64,000 nucleotides of DNA from Chrysomallon squamiferum (taxonomy: Eukaryota; Animalia; Mollusca): NCBI GenBank assembly GCA_012295275.1, contig CM022677.1:23064001-23128000 (forward strand). The letters run 5' to 3'. A program made the translations under genes and the position numbers. This document shows, piece after piece, positions 52,286 through 64,000 of the stretch. Each line of letters begins with the position of its first letter. The first letter of the stretch is position 1. The notes beneath the pieces were generated by a model, which saw nothing but the letters and a program-made list of their open reading frames with translations, had not been told where the DNA came from and made no database searches.

Positions 52286-54107
52286 CTAAAGAATGATTAT
52301 TAAAATAAGTAATAACAACACATGACCTTAACATGAAAATATGCTTGAAATTATCCAAGAGAATATCTTAAGTAATTTTTATTGAGAAACATAATAAAAA
52401 CAAAATTTATATAATATTTATTGCTGCAGACAAAACTTCATGCATTCACAATGTACCTAAAGTCGAACATTTTTAAAACATAAACAGTTGGCAGTAGCAG
52501 TAATATTAATAATATTCTGACTTCAGTATTTTATTATCTTTAAATCAGAGTAGCTAAAATTATGACTGAAAATATCCGAATGTGAGCATTTTTATCATTT
52601 ATATCAGTCCTAATATTTAAACTCAGATTAAATTATATTATATGAGTTATTCACAATCTATAATATTCTGTTGACCCTTGATTTCATGGACCTTGGTTTT
52701 CTAGAAAAATCACAGACCTTCCCAGATAGTGATGGCAACTAATCAACACATGTCTGGTTGACATGTTGTAAACATCTGTGAGTGGAGTGAACCAGCACAG
52801 TGTTTCTTCCAAGTCAGCACCTGGTTTGTCATCACTACAATTACTCAAAGGTTTTTTTTGTGACTAGCAATGCCTTCTATGGGTTCAAGAGGAAAACTTC
52901 CTGAATCTGGCATCTCTGTATATTATTCTTGCTTTATTACTTTACTGTATTATTTAGTTCTTATTTGTACTAAAATTATAAATATTAGTAAATTTTAGGG
53001 TTATGATTACATTTGTGATTTCCAAACTGATGAATCCCATTATTTGTCCATATCAAGGGTCAAGATGTTTTATACATATAGATATATATATATAATTATG
53101 TAAGGATATTGTCAATATGTTTACCTGTACAGAGTTATGGATACAGCAACAACCATAATGACTGCAACTGCTATTCCCAATTCATTTAGCCAATAATCTA
53201 AAATTATTTACAGTCACAGTAAGAATAATACATCTGTACAAAACAAGTATTTTAATAAAAGACATGATGATGCCTATTTGATGCATACAAAGAAGCACAC
53301 ACACACAGAAACACACACAATTTATGCATATATAAAATTCATAATTTCTATTTCTTATTTATTTATTTATAAAAACATTAAAAAAGTGTTTAGAATGCTT
53401 CCAATTTTTCTATTAAATATTGCTTTCCTAACAACATTTAAATATCCAATTAAATATCTTTACCTTGATCAGGTGTGTTTCCAAGAACGTGTTCTGCAGG
53501 GCCTAAATAAAGAAACAATAATTATAAACTTGCTGAACTAGATCAAGACCAAGATATATATATATATATATATATAAATGACACATTAGTTGTTGTTTCA
53601 ATGCACACACCCACACACACATGTACACTTATACATACACTCTCTTTCATCTAAACAAAGTATGCATGCAATCAGTTAGGAGTTTTTATTGATTTCACAA
53701 TATGGCATGCCATTTCTAAATATCACAATAATTTTATTGCAAATATTTATGAAAGCAGTATTTCATATAAATAGTTTATGAAAAAAATACATATCATTCT
53801 AAATATGTTAGAAAACACACAAAACATACTTGGGAATTATTTATATTACTGGTGTACCTTTACGGCATATATCTCCAGTGCAGTCTTCTTGTGTTTCATA
53901 ACTTCTATATCCTATACACCATTTACCTTTATTTGAGGGTGCTGGGTTGTTGCAGTTCCTAATGAACTTGACTGTTTGTTGACAGGTTTTATCACACATT
54001 CCAGTTCTGATTCTAGTCCAATCAGACCATCCTCCATTAACTAAAATATTAATTTTGTAAAAAACAAATTGAGTAAACCAATGTTGCAAAACATGCATAG
54101 ACACAAG

Positions 54108-54163
<56 letters not shown>

Positions 54164-57100
54164 CACACAGACAAACAATAATCAAACATATGCAAACATA
54201 CATATACATCTTAATGAAAGATGAAATGATTTATTTATTTTAACCTGGACAAAGTAAATTAGTAAGGCATTCCTGTACAACAGGTTTGGTGAAATGTCCA
54301 ATACACTGTTTCCCACCATTTTGTGGTATTGGACTGTTACAGTATCGTTTGAATACAATATCAACAATTCCTTTTCCACAAGTTACACTGCATTTGCCTC
54401 TTTCCATTTCTGACCAAACACTCCATCCACCATCCACTGATTTAAACAGAAAGAAATTCATTATCAATATTGTTTTTTTCATAACAATTTTTTAAATATT
54501 CTTGGAACATATATGTAGATATACAAATATTAATTCATATTTGAAACTTTTCAGGGAGGTGACTTGTTTTTAAAGATAATTTTTTATTTTTACTGAAAAA
54601 ACAAACAAAATATGAACTATAAGCTTTTTGACAAGAATAAGCTATGCATTGAATGCACCCCAAGGTATTCCATGTCATATCACCAAAGAGAATGAGAAAA
54701 ATCAAACCTCAACCACACTAAACCCTAAGACTTAAGATATTTATAGATGCAAGATATGCAAGGACTATCATTCTGGTCCAGTTCTTTAAGTTGGTTACAG
54801 CCTACTGGGATAAAGACAGGGGAGTTCCCTCTGTACCATACCCAGAGGATGCTCACATCATCTGAGCATCACCTGAGGCATCAACACAGTGAATCTGTTT
54901 TCACTGTGGATGTATGTCCTAGGGTCTAAACCATTTGTATAATCTTATTTATATGTTATTAATTGTATTTGTATTTGTTCAGTTGTTGGTAGAACTTATA
55001 ATGTATTTACATATTTAAAACCACTTACCACTAACACATTTATTCCCGATACAGCTTTCAGATATTTTCTTATAATTACTGCCATTGCACTTTAATACTC
55101 CAATCGAATTTTCAGTTTTAACACATTTTCTTGTTATGATCACTGAGTGAAAACATAGTTTCTCACATTTTCCAATATACTTCCGTTCCCATTTTGCCCA
55201 TTTTCCATTAACATCAGAGTCTGTTTTAAAATTTATTCTTGAATAATGTGACTACACATGAAAAACAATCAAGATTATTAATAATCAAATATAGCTTGTT
55301 GATACCAAGGTAATTTTTATTTTTTATTATTTGTTTTGTTTGTATGTTTAATTATGGCAGTTTTTTTAAAATCCATATTAAGGGTTTAGATCAGTTCCAG
55401 GTATAACAGTTATATTACTGCTTAATTATCAATATAAATAATGACAGTGTAAAATAAAATTTATCATTGAATACTTTATAAATGACTTCAGCTGACACTT
55501 GGAATAAAACTGGAATTAATACCTTCTACACCTGCTTTAAGTGCTGATTTTTCTGCAACTGGAGGAAAAATTATGGGAAATTAATGTGAGTGAAATACAG
55601 GTTCTTCCCAATGTTGTCTTAAAAAGATGTTGATCTGTTATATTACATATGCGTAGATTTAGAGTTTAGTCACAATAGTTTAATTATAAACAGATTTATT
55701 ACATGTATCAAGAAATATTCTGAAGTTTCTGAGAACTTGACATTGAAAATTATTGGTTATTTAAAATATTAAACTTTTCCTGCAGATGTTAGTATTTAAA
55801 GTCTTTGATGAGATTTAACTCTAAGAATTTTTTGTGTCTGTAATAAATTCTTTTGAAACTCAAATAATTACTTTTTCTGAAGTAACCAAAGGCTTATTAC
55901 ATAATTTTAAAAAAAAACTATTAAAAAGAAATGTGATAATTAATTAATTATATTTTTTAATCATATAAAAAGAGATAACATAATTATTTTAATTTAAACT
56001 TTAAAAATAAAAGAGACAATCATTTTTCGTTTTCAAAAAAGGAACAAAAAATACTTACGCTTATTAGTATAGATTTTTAAATAATTTTTGAATCTGTTCC
56101 ACAGGATGCAACGGGTATATAAGTAATTGAGGTACATGAAATAAGCTTGTATATTCTCGATATTCTCAGCCATTAAACAAGGAGCAACATATTTATTCAG
56201 TGTTTTACGGGCCTCAATAATGAACTTAAATGATACAGCAAAAGCATCTTGTAAGAAATCCCTCTGATGCAACTTTTCATATTCAAAATTATCACACTTA
56301 GGTTCTTCATCCACTGTTATCTTTTGTTCATCTCTCATTTGTGGAAATACAGCATCGATATCAGGAGCAGGTACTTCAAGTGCAATATTCAACCTTCTTG
56401 CTGCACACAAAACTCTTAAAGTTCTCCTAGACTTCAATGTTATTAATGATCTGTACTTTGTAAAGCACTTTTTAAATTTCCCTCGATCAGCAAAGAGGAT
56501 TATGTCACTCGGTTTACGTGTATCTGTTTAATCAATTAAAATATAAAATTACTTTATTATTCATTAAGTCTAGAAAACACAATGAAATATATTAAAATTA
56601 TTCATGCTTACCAATTTCACATTTTGATCCTGCATAAAAACTGACACAGCGGCATGTGCCATAATCAGTAAAGCACTTTCCATGAGATCCACATGTCCCA
56701 ACAAAACATTTTTGAAAAGAAACCATTCCTGTCCAAAAAGAAAATGTGTTTTAATTAAAAACTAACATAAGCATACAATTTTGTTGAAAGTAAAACATCA
56801 AATTCATTAAATTAATACATTAATTTATTTTCATAAAACATCATAAGTTTGTATCAACTTAAATGAAGATTATAAAGCAAATATCCAACTGAATGGAAAA
56901 ACAGTGTTTTCAATAATTCTTTAGAAGATTTTATTAAATTTATCAGAAAAACTAAACAAATAATGGTTACTGTTTTCTTAAAACAGAAAAATAATAATAA
57001 CTTAAACAAAGACAACAAGATTAATGTAAAAAGAAAATTGAAGTTTAATGATAATGTAAAATGTCTGAAATTATTCAGTGTAAGATTATCATATTCAGCA

Positions 57101-60100
57101 ACACTCATAATTACTGCATTAAAAAAACATAAATAAAAACATCATCTATTAAATAAATCTTAGTATGTTCATAATTAATCTACATTCTTTAACAACTTGA
57201 ACTATTTGAATAACAATAAATGAGAGACACAACAATAATTGTTTTCAGTTAAACACCATTTTGTTATAAATATTTATTCAGCCTAGAGGTCCAGATTATT
57301 GCACTGGAAATGAAGTTTTAATGAAATGTTCCATCTTAATGAATATATATTGCTATAGAAGATGTATTATGTTTATGTATTCATTCGGCTTCAGAAACAC
57401 TTAAAAGCTATCCAAACTTAACATTAACACATTATTCTAATTATTGTTTATCTTTTTTATATAAGATAATAAAATACTTTAAAAATCCATACCAAATAGT
57501 TCCTTATAAGTCTGGAACACTGAAATATAAACAAACAACAAAATTAAGATTGTTCTATTGCAATTCTTAATGTATTTGATTTCATCTTCATAAGTTAATA
57601 CATTCAGTCTGAAATGGGTAAATAATTAAAGTAGTAATTCACCAAAAATTCTCTAAATATATTTACAAAACAAATAATTAAACAAAACCCCAGAAATATC
57701 TTCATTTTATATATTCTATTTGATTAATTCATGAAAATATATCAAATCAGTTGAGAGAAAGATCAGAATATTTAATGCCTAAATGTTACCTTTTAATATT
57801 TCCAATTCATCTAAAATATCATCTTTTTGTTCTAAAAAAGAAATATATCATTATGAATGGACAACAAATTATTAGAATTATACAACACCAACTAAAGATA
57901 CAATTTAATAGTTAGCTGTTGAACATGTATTAACAATATGCAGTTCATATTAACATTCAGTTTAGTGGCCAGTACTTTTAAAATGTAATATCTTCTTGTG
58001 AATTAGAAAAACTGTAATTAAAACATTTATTTAAGATAATAAAAATGTAAAAGATTATACCTGGAACATTAATTTTTGTTTCAGCTTCTGGAAATTAAAA
58101 GAAACACAAAAAAAAGAAAAGAAATATAAGTTTTCCAAACAGTGAGGCCAACAGAGTATCAGCTGTATATACAATTTAATATTCATGATTAATTATGAAA
58201 ACATTTAATACAATAGAATGAGTTAAACCAGTATATCTTAAATTTATTACAATCTATATAACTATCTTATCCTGTCTTTAATATACATATCTTCCTCAGA
58301 ACAAGAAAAGCTGTGTTTCTAATGTTTATTTAGTATCCAAAAAAATATTTAAAAAAATAAAATCATTAAACCAGTATATCTTAAATAACTATCGTATCCT
58401 ATCTTTGATGTACATATCTTCCTGAGAACAAGAAAAGCTGTGTTTTAAATGTTTATTTAATATCAAAAAAATAAATAAATAAATAACATCATTATACCTG
58501 GAGCATTAGTTTTTGTTTCAGTACCTGATTTAGGAAGGTCTGGAAATTAAAAGAAACACAAAAAAAAGAAAAGAAATATAAATTTTGCAAACAGTGAGAC
58601 CTATAGAGTAGCAATTATAAGTCCAATTTAATACTGATGATTAATTATGAAAACATTTAATAAACAATGGAATGAGTTAAAGCAGTATATCTTAAATTTA
58701 TTACATTCATCTCTATGTAACAATCTTATCCTGTCTTATTATGTCTTTAATATCTTATTATTATTAATATAATATCTTAATGAGAACAGGAAAAACTATA
58801 ATTAAAATGTTAATTTAAGAACAAAAATAAAAATTAATATAATTATACCTGGAATAATTTCTTCTTTAGCTAATGATTTTGGTAGGTATGGAAATTAAAT
58901 AAAAACATAAGATTAGAATAAATATTGTAACTTTCTTACTAAAATGTTGTATTAAAGGAATGCTTAATGTAGTGTATGTAAATATTTGGAAGTTACCAGC
59001 ATACAAACAGTATGATTAAAGCATACTAATTTTATTTAAATTTGAACCAATATCCAACATAGCATCATTTCAGGCTTTTGAAATATCATTTTTCATTTGC
59101 ATATTTAACATCTTTTCTTTATAATAAAGAGAATAATTCAGCTAAAATTAATTGCTGAAATCTGTTTGAACATTGATATTGAGAGGACAAAGTATAATTC
59201 TTTTATTTCAAAAAGTTATAAGTAAAAATCTTGAAGTTAATACCTGAAACAATTTTAGATTGTTCCTTTATTTTCGATAAAACTAAAACAACATAAAAAG
59301 AATGCATATTAAAATAACAGAATATACATGTTTTTGGGCACCATATAAGATTATACAGGAATGTATTTTAGTCAATTATAACACAATATTTATGTTTGTT
59401 ATAAATTAAATTAGTATTACTTACTTAAGTTTGTGTTTAAAACAACAAGTATGCTAAAAATAAATTTGAGGATATAACTGTAGAAAATTATTGAGTCATC
59501 TATGCAATCTGAATACTTTCTTAAACTTAATTTCATACATGCAGGTTCGTTTAAACTGTGGATAAAGTTATTTTTGACAGTTTCTGTTATGAGATCTTTT
59601 TTCAAGTTTATGTCTGCAGGCTAAGAATATTAAGTCATAAGAATTTCTTTGTATTAATAATTTCTTTTTAAACAGTAAAATGCTGTTTTTGTATTTATTT
59701 GAAATAATTATATTGAAGAAAAAGAAGTAACAACAAATTCTTACCCTTATTAGGATACATTTTTAAATAATTTTTGAATCTGTTCCACAGGATGCAGCGG
59801 GCACACAAGTAATTGAGGTACATGAAATAAGCTTGTACATTCTTGATTTTCTCAGCCATTAAACAAGGAGTAACATATTTATTCAGTGTTTTACGGGCCT
59901 CAATAATGAACTTAAATGATACAGCAAAAGCATCTTGTAAGAAATCCCTCTGATGCAACTTTTCATATTCAAAATTATCACACTTAGGTTCTTCATCCAC
60001 TGTTATCTTTTGTTCATCTCTCATTTGTGGAAATACAGCATCGATATCAGGAGCAGGTACTTCAAGTGCAATATTCAACCTTCTTGCTGCACACAAAACC

Positions 60101-62503
60101 TTTAAAGTTCTCTTAGACTTCAATGTTGTTAAAGATCTGTACTTTGTAAAGCACTTTTTAAATTTCCCTCGATCAACAGCAGAAATGATTATGTTACTCG
60201 ATTTACGTGTATCTGTTTAAACAATTAAAATATAAAATTACTTTATTAATCATTAAGTCTAGAAAACACAATGAAATATATTAAAATTATTCATGCTTAC
60301 CAACTTCACATTTTGTTCCTGCATAAAAAGTGTCACATATGCATCTTCCATAATTAGTAATGCATTTCCCATGATATCCACAAGTCTTGGTCTCACATTT
60401 TTAATGATAAACTCTCCTGTCAAAAAACAAAAATATTTTGGAAAATTAGTAAACAACTATATTACACTAGTCTTATTAAAATAGAAATCTAGTAAAAATG
60501 TAAATGAATATTACATAAACTTCGCAGTCTTTCAAAGTACAGGTGTAATATTTTTCAAATGTTCATACCAAAACATCAGTTAAACATTGAAAATAAGACA
60601 ATATCTTTGCTGAAATTAATTTCGCTTCCAACAGTATTTCACATTTCACATATACCATGAACCTTTTCACATGTAAAAAAATTATTTTATGGCTGCCTAA
60701 GATCAAAGCTATTCTAAATTTTAGTTTTTTTATTATTATTTTTATTTTAGAAACAAAATAATAAACATACCATATAGGAGCTTCATTTTTAGAAACACTA
60801 AAATATTGAAAAAAAATACATCACATTTATTCTTTGATCTCTTAAAAATTTTATTTTAAATGAAGAACTACTTTATTTCATTAACTCCTCATTCTGAAAA
60901 TAATAAAAAAATTTACTTTATGATAAAGAAACCATAAAAAAACAATATAGTGTCGGTACTAAACTTATTCATTCAAATTCTTTAATTCTGTATATTTTTT
61001 CAAAAATTAAGACAATAATAATTTGACACTACTTTATTAAATTCTGATCTAATTACTAATTTTTTCACATTTGTATCATAAGATTTAAAATAAACAAAAA
61101 TCATTTAATAGTTTGAAGTAAATTAGGCTACATCACAATGAATATTTTATTAGTTTGCAGCCATAATAGCAGTGATAATGAGTATTCTTTAATGACCAGA
61201 ATCACAGTAACACCTGGTTGAAACAGAAAACTGATCTGGTGGAGATCTGATGTGATGAGTTCCATATGGTCAGATTTTTATAAATGGAGTTATTTCCCTT
61301 CCTGGGTAACATTCAAATTCAGAATTAACCAAACATATTCCTCATATGTATATATTTGGTTAATTTATTAAAGTTTTACAGAAGATATCTCAAATCAAAT
61401 CAGAGATTATTACCAACATATTTTTTAATTACTCAGTTTTACCTTTTTTTATTGCTAATTCATCTAAAACTTCAACCTTTGATTCTAAAAAATAAAATCA
61501 GTTAAGAAATAATGAAATTCATATGCAAACAGTGAGATTTACACAATATCATAACATTAGTTGATGATCAATTATGAAAACTTTGTATTCTGCATTAAAA
61601 TTAACAATATAATAAATTCTTTACATTTCCTCCAATTATAATAATAAAATAAGCTACTGAAACCTAGAGATAACTTTAATTAAAAAGATTATACCTGGAA
61701 TATTAATTTTTTCTACAGCATTTGATATTTGTTGATCTGGAAATTAAAAGAAACATCTGATTAGCATAATTACTGAAATGTAAACATTTTATCTTTCTTA
61801 GGATTGTTCTGTATTTTTAATTCTTTACTTTCCTTCCACTGCCTACTGAAACATAGAATTAATATGATTAAAAACCTGTACCTTTAACAGATGCCATAAA
61901 TTCTTTTTTTGCTTTTGAAAGTGATGTGACTGGAAATTAAAATAGATTGCAAATTATAAGAAATATTGAAATGTAAATTGCAATAATTTGTACTTTCTTA
62001 TAAAGATGTTGCAAAAAAATGTCATGAATTAGTAACCACAGAATTGTTATAATTTTAAGCATTTGAAATGAAAACATGAAATGGGCCTTCAGTATGATTT
62101 ACAGGAATAAACTGAACACATACAGAGAGAGAGACAGAAGCACAGAAAATGAAACTGAATATAACCACAAAACAATAATCATAAAGATTTAATATTAATC
62201 AATTTATATTACTAACCAAGTTAAATTATTATAATAAAGCATAGATTAATCAGATACTAGAAGTAATTTACAGTAATGAATTAACCTTTAAAGATAATTC
62301 TTAAATAAATAAATATTATTTCTTTTGATACTCACTATGGATTCTAAAAAGAAGGAAATGTATGAGGAATAAAAATCATTTTGCAAACATTCTGAAAAAA
62401 ACATCAGTATTAGATTAGTATTAGATATATTGATTATTACATGGACATTATTTTACCTGAATCAGCAGCAAGTTTTATTTTAGATTTTGTTCCCACTGGA
62501 AAG

Positions 62504-62534
<31 letters not shown>

Positions 62535-63881
62535 TAAAAAAAAAAAAATGTCATGAAAATGTAGTGGTATTTTTTCAAATTTAAAGTCTGAGATATTAGC
62601 AAAGCACAAATAAAAACAAAGTCTAGTTTAGAATTACAAGTTAGTTCATGTTAATGATGGTTTTATCTTAGATATATGTCACAAATAAAAGAAAATTGCT
62701 TAATTAGATTATATCTGTAAGGTTAATTAGTATAAAAAGAAGCCCATTTATAAATAATGAAAGATACTTACAATTTTCAGCATCAATATCTAACTGCCGT
62801 ATAAACCTACTCCACAAAACACTGCGGGCAAAAAAGTAATTGGTGTAAACAAGCACAGCTTTTAGATTTTTTATTTGTTTCTTAATTATGCAAGGTCCAA
62901 CATGTAACTTCAGCTCATTAAATAACTCATCTTCAAACTTGAATGTTAGTGTAATCACGTCAGATCGAATATCTTTTATCAAGTGTTCCCTACTCATTTT
63001 TTCGTAGTTAAATCTATTACAGTTCTGTTTTTCATCCACAATGGAAACTTTTTTTTTTTCTCGTGGAAATACATCATCCACATATGGAACATTCAAATCA
63101 AGTGCCAAATTTAATTTTCTTGCAGCACATAAAATCTTCAGAGTATTTTTGAATTTACTTTTTGCCATCAATCTAAATTTTGAAAAGCACACCTTCAGTT
63201 TCCTACGATCAGGAGCAGAAAGGATTATGTCACTTGATACACGTGTATCTACCAAAACAATTAAAAGAAAATATGATTCACCTATTTACATTAAACATTA
63301 CTATTTGGTAAACTCAATGTAATTATAAAATGATACACTTACCAATTTCACAGTTTTCTCCTGCATAAAAATTTTCACATATACATATTCCAGAATGTAA
63401 ACACTGGCCATGAATTCCACAACTCTCTTTAGTACAGTTTTGTATTAAATTAATTCCTGTCAAAAAAAATAGTTTATTATTAAAAATTAATTAAAGAACA
63501 GATCACATATTTAAATTCAAGTTTGAATATATAATTTGTTTGAATTAAAACATCTTTGAAATGAATAGAATAACAGGATATATGCATTCAAAATAGATAC
63601 ATGTTGCTTACAAAGAAAAAAGAAAAAACATTTATTACTGTCCAAAAAAAAATAGTTTATTATTAAAAATTAATTAAAGAACTGATCACATATTTAAATT
63701 CAAGTTTGAATATATAATTTGTTTGAATTAAAACATCTTTGAAATGAATAGAATAACAGGATATATGCATTTAAAAATAAATATATGTTGCTTACAAAGA
63801 AAAAATAAAAAACAAATATTTTCTGTAAATGTGTAAAAGTACAAACATTCCTACCATATCTCTTTCTTAAACTCTGAAGGC
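52159..63881 (-). CDS. Gene D (5'-partial): (EGF + unknown ~155-aa domain)x3, three TSRs, TM, cytoplasmic tail
   Basis: Exons in order: 63855-63881, 63343-63456 (EGF), 62772-63248, 62457-62495, 61882-61929, 61695-61736, 61443-61484, 60771-60797, 60301-60416 (EGF, -1 nt), 59745-60212, 59244-59282, 58849-58869, 58498-58539, 58061-58087, 57790-57831, 57493-57519, 56612-56728 (EGF), 56059-56523, 55523-55558, 55029-55220, 54245-54436, 53858-54040, 53464-53502, 53125-53197 (TM), 52159-52285. Confidence 0.82.
52671..53063. mobile_element. MITE-like insert bounded by inverted repeats
   Basis: TTGACCCTTGAT at 52671 and its reverse complement ATCAAGGGTCAA ending at 53063, with a further ATGGAC match; no clear target-site duplication. 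Confidence 0.5.
53125..53197 (-). CDS. Gene D transmembrane exon (DYWLNELGIAVAVIMVVAVSITLYR)
   Basis: Phase 1-2, hydrophobic, AG/GTAAAC. Confidence 0.85.
53858..54040 (-). CDS. Gene D TSR exon (VNGGWSDWTRIRTGMCDKTCQQTVKFIRNCNNPAP...DCTGDICRK)
   Basis: 183 nt, phase 1-1. Confidence 0.88.
54245..54436 (-). CDS. Gene D canonical TSR exon (VDGGWSVWSEMERGKCSVTCGKG...RYCNSPIPQNGGKQCIG...LCP)
   Basis: Textbook TSP1 signature with CSVTCG; 192 nt, phase 1-1. Confidence 0.92.
55029..55220 (-). CDS. Gene D TSR-like exon (VNGKWAKWERKYIGKCEKLCFHSVIITRKC...SCIGNKCVS)
   Basis: 192 nt, phase 1-1, six Cys; absent from the ORF track. Confidence 0.85.
56059..56523 (-). CDS. Gene D unknown ~155-aa domain exon, copy 1
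   Basis: 465 nt, open, phase 1-1, GTAAGT donor; homologous to the two upstream copies. Confidence 0.9.
56612..56728 (-). CDS. Gene D EGF-like exon (KCFVGTCGSHGKCFTDYGTCRCVSFYAGSKCEI)
   Basis: Six-Cys EGF spacing with CxC...YxGxxC; 117 nt, phase 1-1. Confidence 0.9.
59745..60212 (-). CDS. Gene D unknown ~155-aa domain exon, copy 2
   Basis: 468 nt, open, phase 1-1. Confidence 0.9.
60301..60416 (-). CDS. Gene D EGF-like exon, copy 2 (apparent 1-nt deletion)
   Basis: KCETKTCGYHGKCITNYGRCICDTFYAGTKCEV; 116 nt; adding one base to the A5 run (60398-60402) restores frame. Confidence 0.75.
62772..63248 (-). CDS. Gene D unknown ~155-aa domain exon, copy 3 (diverged)
   Basis: 477 nt, open, phase 1-1; conserved DTR..SDII, CF.K, LCAAR.LN.AL, VFP, YEK, FKF, PC, NY, LW.RF. 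Confidence 0.9.
63343..63456 (-). CDS. Gene D EGF-like exon, copy 3 (NCTKESCGIHGQCLHSGICICENFYAGENCEI)
   Basis: 114 nt, phase 1-1, six Cys. Confidence 0.9.
63458..63810. repeat. ~180-bp intronic tandem duplication
   Basis: Sequence starting at ~63458 is repeated at ~63640. Confidence 0.85.
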
Positions 63882-64000
63882 CTGAAATAAAAAAATAAAA
63901 ATGTATTTCACAGAAAAATTTGAAGAACACTGATTAAAAGTCTTCAGGGCATTGGATCAATGCTTATTTTGCACTACAAAGACAGAGAGACAGACACACA

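Noticed and set aside
54848-54870. 8-bp hairpin GATGCTCA-N7-TGAGCATC
   Set aside because: Too short to support an ncRNA call; likely part of a repeat relic.

Overview
Very AT-rich, microsatellite-dense eukaryotic (animal) DNA; a mollusc is suggested by the repeat style and an I-clade LINE relic, but that is inference. Most supplied ORFs are microsatellite artefacts. Reading splice sites by hand shows the window is almost entirely a cluster of four paralogous, intron-rich genes for single-pass type-I membrane proteins with thrombospondin type-1 repeats (TSR). Gene A (+, 5' end outside the window, stop 7447). Gene B (+, complete, 8989-11296, 178 aa). Gene C (-, 50698-11850; 13 intact TSR exons plus decayed copies). 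Gene D (-, 5' end beyond 64000, stop 52159; three [EGF + unrecognised ~155-aa helical domain] units, then 3 TSRs). Nearly all ectodomain exons are symmetric phase 1-1, including about 80 candidate micro-exons of 15-48 nt. All four genes end in a phase 1-2 TM exon and a tail exon with an (F/H/S)-x-N-x-x-F-(D/E) motif. The locus shows exon birth and death, concerted evolution and exon-specific amino-acid divergence. The gene D domain has a by-eye resemblance to abalone sperm lysin (untested). Gene models come from sequence only, with no transcript evidence.
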